In this document: positions 24,137 to 36,600 of the stretch, piece by piece | Position numbering within the stretch: position 1 is the first letter of the stretch | Layout of the letters: each line of letters opens with the position of its first letter | DNA from: Nitrospirales bacterium | GTDB taxonomy: Bacteria > Nitrospirota > Nitrospiria > Nitrospirales > UBA8639 | DNA: 64,000 bases | Assembly (NCBI GenBank): GCA_965203295.1 | Contig: CBDBCZ010000013.1 | Coordinates: forward strand, 544,001-608,000 | Direction: 5' to 3' | Position numbers and translations under genes: made by a program | The notes under the pieces: model-generated | What the model was told of the DNA's origin: nothing | The model's input: the letters and a program-made list of their open reading frames with translations, nothing else | The model's database searches: none

Positions 24137-25320
24137 TTAATAAGCACTTCAAAATCTCATTTTTACATCTACATCTACTTGGAGTGACGTAATGGCAAAC
24201 ACCTTGCTTTGTTACCTTCAACTGTGCTTCAGTGAGTCTGTAGACTGTTTAGCTAATAGCATTCCATTGAGAGGAATACGGAAGTATGCAGAGTTATACA
24301 GTATCTGGCCTAAAGAACGTTTTGTAGCTCTACAATCTTCGAGGGACGGGTGGGGACACCCCCTCAAAAACCTCGGCTGGAGCTGTGTTGCAGAAGATTG
24401 GGCCTTAATTCTCGGTGAGCTTGCAAAGTATTTCGTAAAGCTACGTTAAGGTAACAGGTTTTACCACTAACATTCTAACTGTTTTACTTTGAAAACTGCT
24501 AAACGTACACAAGATCACTTGTGGAGCGACTATCATTGCTCCTCTCTGCCCCTGACTTTTTCATTACATCATTGGCAGCATAGCTAAGTGGTGTGTACTC
24601 TGACCTGTAACTGTGTACTAGTAATGTGGTAATTGCTTCCAATTAACCTCCTCTTTAGACCTTAAATAGACCACTGTAGCTTTTAAGTTGGCAAGGTGCT
24701 AAGTGCTTAAGTGGTGACAGCTGTCTAGACAGCTGTCTAGACAGCTGTGGATGTGTATTAGATTTAGGTACCTCATTTACAAAACTCTCAAAGGATTCGT
24801 GACTACATGTAGGTCTAGGTTCCTTTTTAGAGGGACACTACCACCCTGTTGTTATAATCACTTCCCCCCCTCCCTTATAGTGCCTAAATGTACCTACTGT
24901 ACCCATTTATTTTCAGACATTGAATTTTAAACAAGAAAGGTGATGAGATGAGGTAGGCTGATGATAGTTAATTTCACACAGATTCAGCATCAGTGGCATT
25001 TTAGAACTGTCATAGTGATGTAATTTTACACATAGTAGCACGTACCCTCTTTCAGTTTCACCGAAATGTCATTAAGCTCTGTCATGCCCGGTAACCCAAC
25101 TTGATGCTCTTGTGACTGTCATGTGACTGTCATGTGACTGCACACTCCTCACAACCCCACCTATCACTGAATCAAGCCGGAGCCGGCGAGTGTAGCAGGG
25201 GCTTCCCCTTCGTTGCTCCTCCACTGTGACAGTGTCTGCACTCACCATAGAAGAACCCTTTGAGAAGCCAGTCAGCCTGAAATCCTGCTAAGTCTTGTTA
25301 CCATGCCCCTGGGCTCTCTG

Positions 25321-25384
25321 ACATTGTGGTGAAACTATATTTTGTAATCCTGCAGGATTACAAAATATAGTTTCACCACAATGT
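25321..25384. repeat. Perfect 64-bp palindrome followed by a direct copy of its right arm
   Basis: acattgtggtgaaactatattttgtaatcctg|caggattacaaaatatagtttcaccacaatgt, then g-aaaatatagtttcaccacaatgtc. Confidence 0.9.
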
Positions 25385-26823
25385 GAAAATATAGTTTCAC
25401 CACAATGTCCCGCTCTTTCCATGAATAATTAAGTAAGTAATGAAATGGCTTCAGTGACTTTAATAACATGTAGTAGTAATATTGCCTGCTTTGGAGATAC
25501 AGTGAGTACTACTGAACCCGCTAGTACGAGTTCTTCCCAGGTACCTGCCTGATGGACATGAAATGTCGCTTCTGGAATGCTTTAAACTTTTGTACTATGT
25601 GTGTGCGACTTTGCAAAGTAATAATAATCCTTTCACTGTTGTAGGGACAGATCTGTCCCTCACAAAAACGCGTACTGAACTCAATACTATATACATGACC
25701 TAATGTAAAAGAACCCATCTAAATAACGATGTATCAAGTCACTGGCGAGAGGGTTATGTATTCCAGCATAATGCTTTACGCTTGAAGGTTCTATGCTAAT
25801 TACGCTGGCATAATCCGCCAGGCTTATTGCTGTCCCACCAGACATAGCGCTACGCCTGTGTACTGTGTAGTGTGACACCTCAGTGGGAGGCAAGGACGTT
25901 ACTATGCTCCATTGGAAGATCAAAGGGAAGTGGTTTTTTGAGGCCATGCTTGACGTGCCCGATTAGTGGGATTTGCTATCCGGCCGTGATGCTTGGAAGA
26001 TCAATGCTGTTATTGTTTTTTAAGGCCCTTTAGTGGAATTAAGGAGAATGATTGCTAAATGGCAGCGATGCGTGGAAGAAACTCACATTCCGAAGTGATC
26101 AGTAAATTGACCATGATAGCTCCAGTTACCAAATTGATCTGATGGAGGCACTGCTATAGAGCACTCTGAAGGGATAATCAAATGCTGAAATATGTCTCGG
26201 AAAGTAACGTGACTTTCGGTAGACATTACGTGATCATTCGCGAGGGAGAGTGTAGTTCGTATTCACCCACTCCACCTACTAGCAGCTTGAATTAATCAGG
26301 CTGGTGGAACATAGTGTGGCTTTTGTGTAAACAAAGCTTCAGCAGCCACAAGAGGTACCTACTACCAAGAACTACATGTCCATGACAAGCTGTGGTCCAT
26401 TATTCCCAGAAGAGCCACAGTGGTGGTAGCAGCAGGAACTTGCAGCCTTATTACCTCTCATGAGCTCATCTACTGCTTCTTGTGAAAGTGTAGTGTAGCA
26501 TGGTGAGGTGGGGCCACTTAGATGGCGTTCTGTTGGTATATTGTTACTATGGGAATAACTTTCTAATCATACTGATCTAGTAGAAATGTTATACCATAGT
26601 AACATATACCAAACACCTTAGATCATGTCTCCTGGGTAGCAGTTAGATCCCAGGGGAGATGATCTAAGCAAGCTCCTGTGGAAAAAAGAAGAACGCAGTC
26701 CTATGTAGAACAATCTCAATGGCATTTAAGACTTCAAAGATGATCTCGGTTGGTTCTCGGTATTCATGCTGATCGGAGTTCTCTTTCTACCAAGCACGAA
26801 TCGGCTTCACAAACTTCATGAAA

Positions 26824-26865
26824 TGCCGACGTTTCGACTGCTGGGCTGCAGTCTTCATCAGGGCA
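26824..26865 (-). ncRNA. Minimal type I hammerhead ribozyme (Penelope/retrozyme type)
   Basis: Minus strand: UGCC CUGAUGA A GACUGC agccca GCAGUC GAAA CG UC GGCA. The catalytic core is intact, with a 6-bp stem II, a 4-bp stem I and a vestigial stem III. Confidence 0.75.
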
Positions 26866-27861
26866 GAAATCAATGCTGTACGAGACAAAATACAGAGACT
26901 CAAAAAAAAAAAAGGCTGTATCTCCTGTATCAGAGAGAAACTACAAAAAAAAAAGCCTCCGTCAGTCCCTCGTGAATATAGTATCTAAACAAGGGAGGGC
27001 CCACAGACAAGCTTTCTGTACTGAGTACACAACTAGTAGCCATGAATAAATGCTGAAAAGATCGGGGCCCATAGTTGCAAAGATATTCATTGTGCATTCA
27101 CTACAAATTAAATCAAAGCGGGCCAGTATCCCGTAACCTTAAATACTCAAAAAAAGGCCTAATTCGCTTCTAGAAATGAAGCTGAGTCCTAACAGAGTCT
27201 GAGTCCAGACAGAGTCAATGGTATTTCTCTGGAATGCAGTACATTTGGTGGGAGTCTCAGGAAAGAATGATTTCATTGCACAGTTTATTTCTTGCCTTAA
27301 ATTCTAGGAAGCCTTTGCTGCGCTGGAACTCTGGAGGAGGTGAACCACACAACCCTCAAAAATGTCTTCTCAGTGCTTATACTACTGAGTGAAATTTGAT
27401 CTGCATCTAATGAACCTCTCTCTTATTCTAAAAAAAACAACAACACAGAAATAACCACATTTAACTAATTAATTAAGATAATTTTACTGAACAGCTGCAC
27501 TTGTAATTGATATTCTTGGTGGGTGACTATCTGCAGAAATTAATTTTTTGTTCAAGTTGCAGTGAATATTCAATACTCCCTTCTTATTACTGCTGTAATC
27601 AATTAAAGAAACTGCAACTCACAATGCCCCTAAGGAGCTAGCTAGGTAGACCCCCTAGGTAGCCAGACCCCCAGGGGGGGGGGGGCAAGGTTCTGTACAC
27701 ACACTTATGGAAGCAATTGTAACTCACAAATACCCCTGGGGGTGCGGTAAGCCTCTAAACACACACACACTTATGTAATGCAGGAGTTACACATGTATAA
27801 AGGTCATAAGACATATATAATGCTTTCGAAATTATGTTCCTTCATACATCCATCTTCCACC

Positions 27862-28277
27862 TAGGCCTGAGCAAATAATAATTTGGGAATAATAGGAAGT
27901 TACAAGACTAGAGAATAATTCTGGAATAACTGGAAGGATATGTGGAAATATCTGCTGACCTTGTGTGTTCTATTGAAAAAAAAATGGCGGAGGGTACGTC
28001 AGAGGCAGCAAACCAAGCCTGTTATAACGGTGCATCAGCCTCATATGTCAAGTCTTGTCGATTCAGCCATCGTCTGCCGTAGCCAAATGTCTTTTCACTT
28101 TTTGCATGCTCTTTTGGAGCAAGCCAGAAATCTGCTCTACAGGATTATTTGGAGGTTTCACTAATGCTACAGTACTGGGTGAAAATATTCTGAAAATGTG
28201 GAGGAATAATCGGTATAAAATTGGGAATGAGGAATAGAATAATAGGCATTTTTTGGGGAATAATATCCTCAGGCCTA
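27862..28277. mobile_element. hAT-type MITE
   Basis: TIRs taggcctgag / ctcaggccta with an exact 8-bp TSD cttccacc (27854-27861 and 28278-28285). Confidence 0.8.
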
Positions 28278-30619
28278 CTTCCACCCTAGCTTCCCTGTCT
28301 GAACTGTAAACTGTCTAGACTGTAAACCTCTACTAGACACAACAAACCTCTACTCTGCTTTGTGTATGTGGGTTGCATGTACATATTACTCTGTATGGGT
28401 TCACGCTCAGTAACTGAATCTGTGGTAGTTGATGTGATAAATCAGACCCTGTTTTTTCACCAGGCTTTTAAACCGATTCAGGTTTTGATTATATATGGTA
28501 AATGCACTAAGTTTGTTCGGAAACTGGTTTATTGTAAAACTGGTTTTAATTGTGTAGTAAAAGCATTGCGTTTTTGCAATTTTGATTGCAAATTGTGTTA
28601 TTGTGTGTGCGTATATACATGTGCGTACCACGTAACGCATGATTGCATTCCAATCATTGCCAGCTTAAAAAAAACTACGGTATGTGGTATAATCATATGC
28701 TGAGCGTGAGGTGGGCAACCAAGTAGGCCGGTTTCCAAGCTAAATCTACATTATCAATAATTCACTGGACTGTGAATGGTATAAATGAACTCTTTTATTG
28801 TGAAGTTGCCTTTAGGCAACGTTATGATATGCTGAGAACAAAAAAAAATGGTGGGATTCAAACTAGCAACTTCAGTTTTCAAGTGCTTAGGTAGGCTTAA
28901 CCACTCAATATACAAGTAATTTTCTGTCTGGCAGTCTAATTAGGAATTTATAGTAAAAACAAGTGTCCTCGCTCGAAAATATGTGCTTAGGCTTAACCAC
29001 TCTGCCATACAAGTAACTTGCTTCTATTCTTTGTATAGCTCTAGCTTCGCTAACCAACCTTAACGCTCTGCATGCATGGTCAGTCTGGCTTTTCACAACA
29101 GCCCTCAGAACACCTGCATATCCTGGGTGAGCATACCTCCAGTTTGGCTGCAAGCAGATACCTGTTGCCGAGGTATAACAGGGTGTTACAGTAGTCTCGT
29201 GCCCAGCCGTGCATGCTCTCCTGTGCAAAAAAATACGTCTGGTGTTCTGAATGAGCCTTCTTTATTGCAGACTTCGCAGTTACTAAGGTAAATCATATTA
29301 TGATTAGTCATTGTATATACGGTACTTTCATCATACTGACCAATCGTATTTGAGTTAAACGTTACTGTAACACAGCAGAAGGGCTAAAGCTGTATTCTGA
29401 TTGGAGTTTGGAGATTCTAAAGCGGAAATGCTGTCTGTGAGGAGAGATTTCATTCTGAACACCAGACCGTCCCTTGCTGGGAGAGTCTGGGCACGAGATT
29501 AAACCCTGTCAGGGCTGCAGACATCATTAACACTTTGACACTATGGATATCTTAATTAAGGTCTTTCATTAAGGCACCTTATCAAAATTCATATTTTAAA
29601 TTGAAAGCTGGAAATAGTAGTTTAGCTGATGAGTGCCTCAAGCAGGGCGCTATCTTATACCTAAAACCATAGTTGTATATGAATAATTAATAAAGTAAAA
29701 CCTTTGAAGTTCGCCTGTTAGTGGAGAATGCCTCATTAATACCCAGCTCCTTACTTTTCTCAATCGTTTAAATTGTCAAGTCTAAAAATCAATTGCCCAC
29801 CCACTAGTGTAGTGGGCTTTACTCTAAATGCTTGCAAAAAACTACTGTGATAGCAACCTCCTTTGTGATAATTCTGAGTATAACCACATGCTTAGTGTTG
29901 CACCTCAGTGGGAGGAAAGTGCATTGCTATGTGGCAATGATGCACGGAAGATCAAGAGATAGCATCTTCACTCCATGCTGTTTGTACGACCAGGCTGTAG
30001 TAAACATCTGCACCCAATTTAGGAAATTGAGTCAACTGCGGCACTGTTTATACTTCGTAATTGCATAAACTGGCCCCATATTAGGTTTAATGCGATACCT
30101 TTAGTATGAGGAAAAAAATTGTTATGTGGCAATAATTCCATGAAGAAACTTGGGGTACTTAGGCTATACAATGGTGGGTGATACATAACAACCTGAGTTA
30201 AACACCGTGTGCTGAAGGCTGTGGCAGGCCGAGCGGCGCAATGCGGAGATGCTATCCCAAATTCAGATCAAACTCTTCTCAAAACTCAGATACTCTCATC
30301 CAGATCCAAAGGAATCACTAGTATAGTGGAACATAAGGCAACACAACAAAGGGATTTAACAGTGCGCATAAAGAAACAAAGCGGGGTGTCGCGTGGAGGC
30401 GCCCCTGGCTAGGGTATGACATAATATTACATAACCTAAAGAAACCAAAAATAGAAATAACATTACATAACTAAGGCAATATGCAAGTAAACAATAGTTC
30501 AGCCGGGCCTACTGGCCTGTCACAAAGGCACAATGTGTAATGATCACACAGCTACCGATCCTGAGGTACAACTGACTTGTAAAGTGGGAGTATAGTAATG
30601 TACCAGGCTAATTAAGGTA

Positions 30620-30970
30620 TTCGCCAATTCATGTTCACTGATTCATATTCGTCTAACCCAAACCCCTCATCCTAACCTAACTCTCGCCCTAATCCTATCC
30701 TTAACCCTAATCTTAACCCTAACCCTCCACTAATTCTAATTAAACTTAACCCTAGCCCTAACACTAACGTAGCCCTTAGCTCTAGCTCTATTCCTAACCT
30801 TAACTCTCCACTAATCCTATTAAACTTAAACCTAGCCATAACACTAACTCTATCCCTCACTTTAACTCTCCACTAATCCTAAACTTACCCTAGTCCTTAA
30901 CATTAGCCTAACCCACAGCCCTAGCTCTAACCCTAGTCCGGGGGATGAATTGGCAGGTGAATGACTGGAC
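30620..30970. repeat. Degenerate (TAACCC)n-like tract within short inverted termini (probably a non-autonomous element, not a true telomere)
   Basis: Irregular taaccc/taatcc/tagccc units flanked by gccaattcat ... atgaattggc. Confidence 0.55.
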
Positions 30971-31544
30971 ACAAGACAGTGTTCGAATAACTTGAACTTG
31001 GCTTATAATGCCCAACCGTGGAGGGGGGTGGACAAATGACACAGCGCAGTAACTACCAATGGGTAATGACTGCATTGATAACTCTTGCATGTTGTCTACG
31101 ATCAGTGGTGAGTGTGACTATCGGGGTTAAAGGACTCCTCGTTATATACAATGTAATGGTTATGCAATGTGAAGTCAGATGGTTTCAAAAAATTGTCTCA
31201 AGCATTTGAAATCATGCAAACAAAAAATTTAATAAGCTAAGATTGGTACTCACAATACATGACTATTTGGTGATTTCAGTGTGTCCTAAAATCCCACTAG
31301 CCAGAATAGTGTGAATGAGCTAAGAGTGCTGAAGCACAAGAGGAGCTACCCATCTCAGGTTGGAGGCTTCAGCATATACCTATCGAGATCTCTCCTCTAA
31401 CACCTGCTTCAGTGGGGTCTAGCCAACTATGCTGCTTCCCTGTTCTCCACTCATTTGAGCTCTTGGTCCAGTTAGTTACAGGGCAAGCGGGACTGGCCAA
31501 TATATTTACAACTGTCATATAGGATTTTGTTCTGGTTTACTTAC

Positions 31545-31714
31545 TCCTCCCTCCCTCCCTCCCTCCCTCCCTCCCTCCCTCCCTCCCTCCCTCCCTCCCT
31601 CCCTCCCTCCCTCCCTCCCTCCCTCCCTCCCTCCCTCCCTCCCTCCCTCCCTCCTCCCTTCCCTCCCTCCCTCCCTCCTCCCTTCCCTCCCTCCTCCCTT
31701 CCCTCCCTCCCTCC
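31545..31714. repeat. (CCCT)n microsatellite
   Basis: Directly visible; it ends in an AACAG acceptor. Confidence 0.9.
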
Positions 31715-31716
31715 AA

Positions 31717-32080
31717 CAGAATGCTGTCTAATCCATGCTGACCTCAGCGAGTACAACATGCTTTGGCACGAGGGTCAGGTATACTTCATTGACGTGAGCC
31801 AGTCTGTGGAGCCTTCTCATCCCCACGCTCTGGAGTTCCTCCTTCGAGACTGCACCAATGTCTCCTCTTTCTTTTCCCGTGCGGGGCTCAGTGACGTCAT
31901 GACCCCTCAGTGTCTTACGGAATGAACTAGACCTAGAGATTTTTTGGTAGTGCGTGTTTTTTTTTTAATCGCCTTCATGGCCGTGTATTTATCAAATTGT
32001 AGTGTTCAACAGACATTTGTTTCTTGATTGGGTCATTTGTAAGGATATGCAAAAGGGTAGTACTAACATAGCCAGTGATA
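31717..32080 (+). pseudogene. Partial duplicate of RIOK3: exon 9 core fused to a stop/3'UTR-derived segment
   Basis: 31717-31909 matches 15431-15623 with 6 substitutions in 193 bp. It is followed by tgaactagacct.., gtgtatttat..caaattgtag..ttcaacagac and ttgggtcatttgtaagga, which match the RIOK3 3' region (16601-16785). Confidence 0.85.
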
Positions 32081-33445
32081 ACGTCATGAAATTGTTGGAT
32101 ATAATGGTGCTACTTACATAGTGTAAGTAGCACCATTACGTCCAGCAATTTAACCGGTTTATTTTCAGCAAGATGTAGCAAGCTATTAAACGCGAGATAA
32201 GCCATACAGACACGCTGTTATATATGCCTCATGCATCTCCTCCCCTTTGGCTTCCTTTTTAGGGGATAAGCTTAAGAAATTAAGTTTTTTCAACAACTGG
32301 ACAGCAGCTAAATATGTATTCTCTGTGGTGAGGAGCAATTGAGCCCCGCCCAGGACTCTGCGCCCGGCCATATGCACGTGATCCTAGCCATGCCCTAGGC
32401 CCTCACGTGATATCAAATTCGCTCCCGCTTTTTCTTCTGGCTTCGAGGTACAGACAGCCTGACTTTTGCAGCGAGTGACTGACTGATCTCTTTTAACAAC
32501 TCGCAGCCTGTAGGAAATCTCGAGGACGAAGCGGACGTCGACTCTGTTCCTCGCCTTGTGGACGCGGTGAGTGAACTTTACCGGATTTTTTGGGTTTGTT
32601 GTTGGGCGTGTCTGCATGGTTGATAAATCTATTCACTGATATGCTATACCAGGAGGATGTCTAGATCGCTAAAAGCAATATGTTAAACCCTTGTGAAAAA
32701 TCAGTGATGTCACTGTATAGCTACTTAAGCCAGCTTGCAAGCAGTTTCCAGGCGCGTATGCAGCCCGCAGCCGGTACACCATAGATAGCTAACATTTTCA
32801 TCTATGGGTACACGCATTCGTCTGTCTGTCCAGTCCATAATTGGGCTGTCTCGCAATTCACAGGGTTAAGCAAATGCTAGACCCGACATTAACATTCTGA
32901 TAGTGATCAAAGCAGTTTTTATTCTCTGCGTTTCCAGAGGCTTTCTCGTTCAAGAATTGTTTGCCATTTTTAATGCTTTCAAAAACTCGAATACAACAGA
33001 GGGCCCGTATACATGGTCTCAGGACACGAGGTTCATACTGGAGTATACGTAGAGAAACGTCCATGTCATTAATATGACGATTAGTCACTCCCGCAGCTTG
33101 AATGCGGCAATACACGAGCGCGCAGTATACGAGGCTTTCCCGCTTTACAGAGCCAACTGTTCCACCAAGCCAGGCAAGTCTGGAGTCCAGAGGTTCCACT
33201 TGTAAAAAAAAAATTGCATGACACTAAACCCATGTGGGATATGAACTTTGAACTCAAAGTTTGGGGGTTGAAAAGTTCCCTTTTTTAACCAGAATTTTTA
33301 TATTCATGATCGATTGCATTCCAAACCAGTATATAGTTCGCATCGAAAGTAATATCTGGAATGAGTATCAAGGTACTCTGGACTTTGCATTGGTTTGTTC
33401 AGAAAATGGAGGGCAGAAAAGTGGTATAGGCAAAAAACTGCCATT

Positions 33446-33626
33446 GAAGAAAAGGTGAAAGAGCTGCGAGAAAGATCTTTTGCGAAAAAGTGTCTAAGAA
33501 CCTCCACATTATTTTCGCTCTGGAGTCATATCAGAAGAAAAGGTGAAAGAGCTGCGAGAAAGATCTTTTGCGAAAAAGTGTCTAAGAACCTCCACATTAT
33601 TTTCGCTCTGGAGTCATATCAGAAGT
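33446..33626. repeat. Exact 88-bp tandem duplication
   Basis: gaagaaaaggtgaaagagctgcgagaaagatcttttgcgaaaaagtgtctaagaacctccacattattttcgctctggagtcatatca occurs twice. Confidence 0.9.
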
Positions 33627-36600
33627 CTCCCTAGTTTCTTCAGTAAGTCTTAGCTGGGTTTTTCAGTTTTCAGCCTCTGAATTGGATTACCTGTATCTCA
33701 GCCATTCCATGGTTGATTGACTTCGGATTTGATTTTTGATTCAACTTGTGCATGCACATGTTGATGCTGCCCTGGAATCTCACTGCTGGTAAGGTTACCG
33801 CTTTGTTTGGACCGCTTTTTTTTCTGATAGGCAGCCTCCTTTTGGTCGTAGGGCCCCGAAGAAGACCGCGTTCACACTAATGTTGAGTACCATTGAACCA
33901 ACAAAGGTTGACCTTTCGTACAATATGCATATTGTACGTAGATATTCCTTCCTGCCGGAGATATGAATGCTGATGCGATGTTCCATTTTGGACCTTCCTG
34001 TCCCGCTGGCGCCTCTATAAGCCCCTTATAAAATACATTTAGTAATAATATTATATTATTACACAAATAAGTCGTCTTATTCTGGACTGATGATATACAT
34101 TTACTGGAAGTGTGTGGAACCTTCCAACATTTGGGGTACCACATTGCAAAAATATAGGGTTATTTCAACCTAGCTATAGGTAGGTTGGTACAGCTGCAGA
34201 ATTGCAATTCTTGCTTGCCCTATTACTGCATGCATGCATGTCCAGAGTGAAACATTCATTTGTTATTGCATACTTGTGCCACCAGATAAGGGGTGGAACT
34301 CAAGTGAATATTCATGTATCATTGTATTGAACTTGTTATTCATATGTAAACTCTGGGATACTATCTTGATACTTGTGTATAGATAAGGATGTGACCTTAT
34401 TGCCCTCTAAGAGAATGGGAGGTGGATCAAGGCATAAACTGCAACTGAGACAACCCAACTTAATTTGGTTGAGTTCTCTTTGCAATGCAGATGATCACAT
34501 TGTATGTTAGGTGTTACTACATGCGCCTTGCTCCGTTCTGTCTGGTCGGACAACATATTTCGGAAACTAGTGTGCTTTATTGGACAGTAGCCAGCTCTTT
34601 CTCGCAAACACATGGCAGCAGGCCTGCCTATTCCACTCCCACAAGCATGCCTCAGTTTTTGCTGTATTTAAACAAGTAATGTTTCCTCTTTGCTCCGACA
34701 TCGCTAAGGAGGTTACTGGTATACATAGCAGATATCAGGTCACATGCAGCAAAGAATGATCACATTTGTGGGAGTGTGACAATCAAGTCCTGCTGCCTCT
34801 GATGCATGCAGTGTTAGCAAGCTGATGCAAAAACAAAAGAGTCTTCTGTACCTTAACCCAGCGTAGGGGTATCTCAGTTGCAAGTTCTCTACCAAAAAAT
34901 GTGCATACAAGCAGATCAATTACCCAACATAAATTTTTATGGCTCTTACAATTAAGGGAATACATAGTGCAGCTACACTTCTAGATTCCTGTAATGGTAT
35001 ATGTCGCTACGTACACTTGCATGACTTCACTTAATTGTTTACTCTTCTGTTTGAAATTGGAGACCTATAATGGTCAAGCATGCGTGGTTTAGTATTGAAG
35101 CTGCAACTGATCATGAGATATTTCTCCCTAGCTGGGTTAAAGCAACCATTTTTGTTTTGCTGTGTAGGACCATGCACGGATGTGCAGGTCTATAATAAGT
35201 GGGGCTCGCTCACGCTCACCCCAATTAGCACGCAAGTGATGTGTAATTAGGGTACACTTATATGCACATGCATAAAGCTGCATGGATTGGAATATTAATG
35301 CGTAGTCGATTATATGCAGTAATTATTTTCGTGACGCTATACCGTAAAACGATGTAATGCTGAAATAGGTTTTTAGCCTTGTTGGAAAAAACTGTTTGGA
35401 TCTGTTAACTTTTACTGACCGTAGAGTATGCGCATTATTCCATGATCACAAGTTACACGTGTCTACTACTGCATTATTAGTAGAGTAGAAGGACTGTCCT
35501 ACTGTTCTACTGCCCTACTATCTATATATGACTACTGTACCTGAAAACTAAGCCAGAATTGAGCTGGAAACTCAAAAGAATCAGAGAGAAGAGTCCCCAT
35601 GCTTTATATTGATGGTGGATTGGAGTGTTTTTTGGTGCACAGAAAGCCATGCACAGTGCGGGACAAAATGCGCAAGGTAAACATACAAGAGTGATAGGCA
35701 GATACGTGACCTGATACAATTAACAAAATAACTTGCCATAAGTACTAGGTAGCTTCCAACAATAATGCATGGGTTCATATTGGATACCTGGGGCTGAATA
35801 GCATGTGCTTTCATCACTCTCGAGGCTTCTTTTTCCCATAGTCACATCTTTGGTTACAAGAATTATTCACCGTGTTGTCATAGGAAATTCGTGGTCTTGT
35901 GCATTTTTACAGGTCTGTTTGAGCGTTGCAGGCACTGCTTGTTGTTGTGCTGTTGTCTCATGTATATTTCTCTCCCTCTGTATAGGCATTTCCTCCCATA
36001 AGTAGCAGTGTCTGTTGGAATGTAACACAATTTCTTATCGATAGCCAATGCTTACTCAGATGGTCCGAGTGGATGTCCATGCCATTGACAGATCAACCAA
36101 CATGTTATGGAAACTATTTGGCAGTTTTGCAGACCTATATGTACTAGCAGTACTTTGAAGCCTAACTGTTTCTTGTGTATTTACTAACCAGCCGTTGTTT
36201 ATCGTGCATTATCTCACAACTTACAGAAGTGGCCCCTGTGAAATGGTACCAAAATGAAAGGAATAGCTCATAATAACATGGTCAAACCATTTTGGAATCT
36301 CCCTTGCATGCTCTTTCACTGCTGGAGCTTGAACCTTCTTCATAACGGCATATGCATAAGAGTTAAACGATAGAAGATTGCTACATGTGCAAGCAACCTG
36401 GTACCATGGTGAAGTACTATTGCAGGGCTTTCCAATAGAGCCAAGATCAGCTGGCTGTCATAATTCTGGATGAAGATAGCATGACGAACTTCACGAGGTA
36501 AGTTGTATAGGTTTGATCACACCACAGAGGATATGCGCCTATACATCCTTTGTGGATACGGTTTACCCAAGGTGCAGCCGGGGGATAAAGTCATATCCAA

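Noticed and set aside
30654..30935. Telomere or telomere-fusion site
   Set aside because: The units are highly irregular and enclosed by short inverted termini; this fits a non-autonomous element better.
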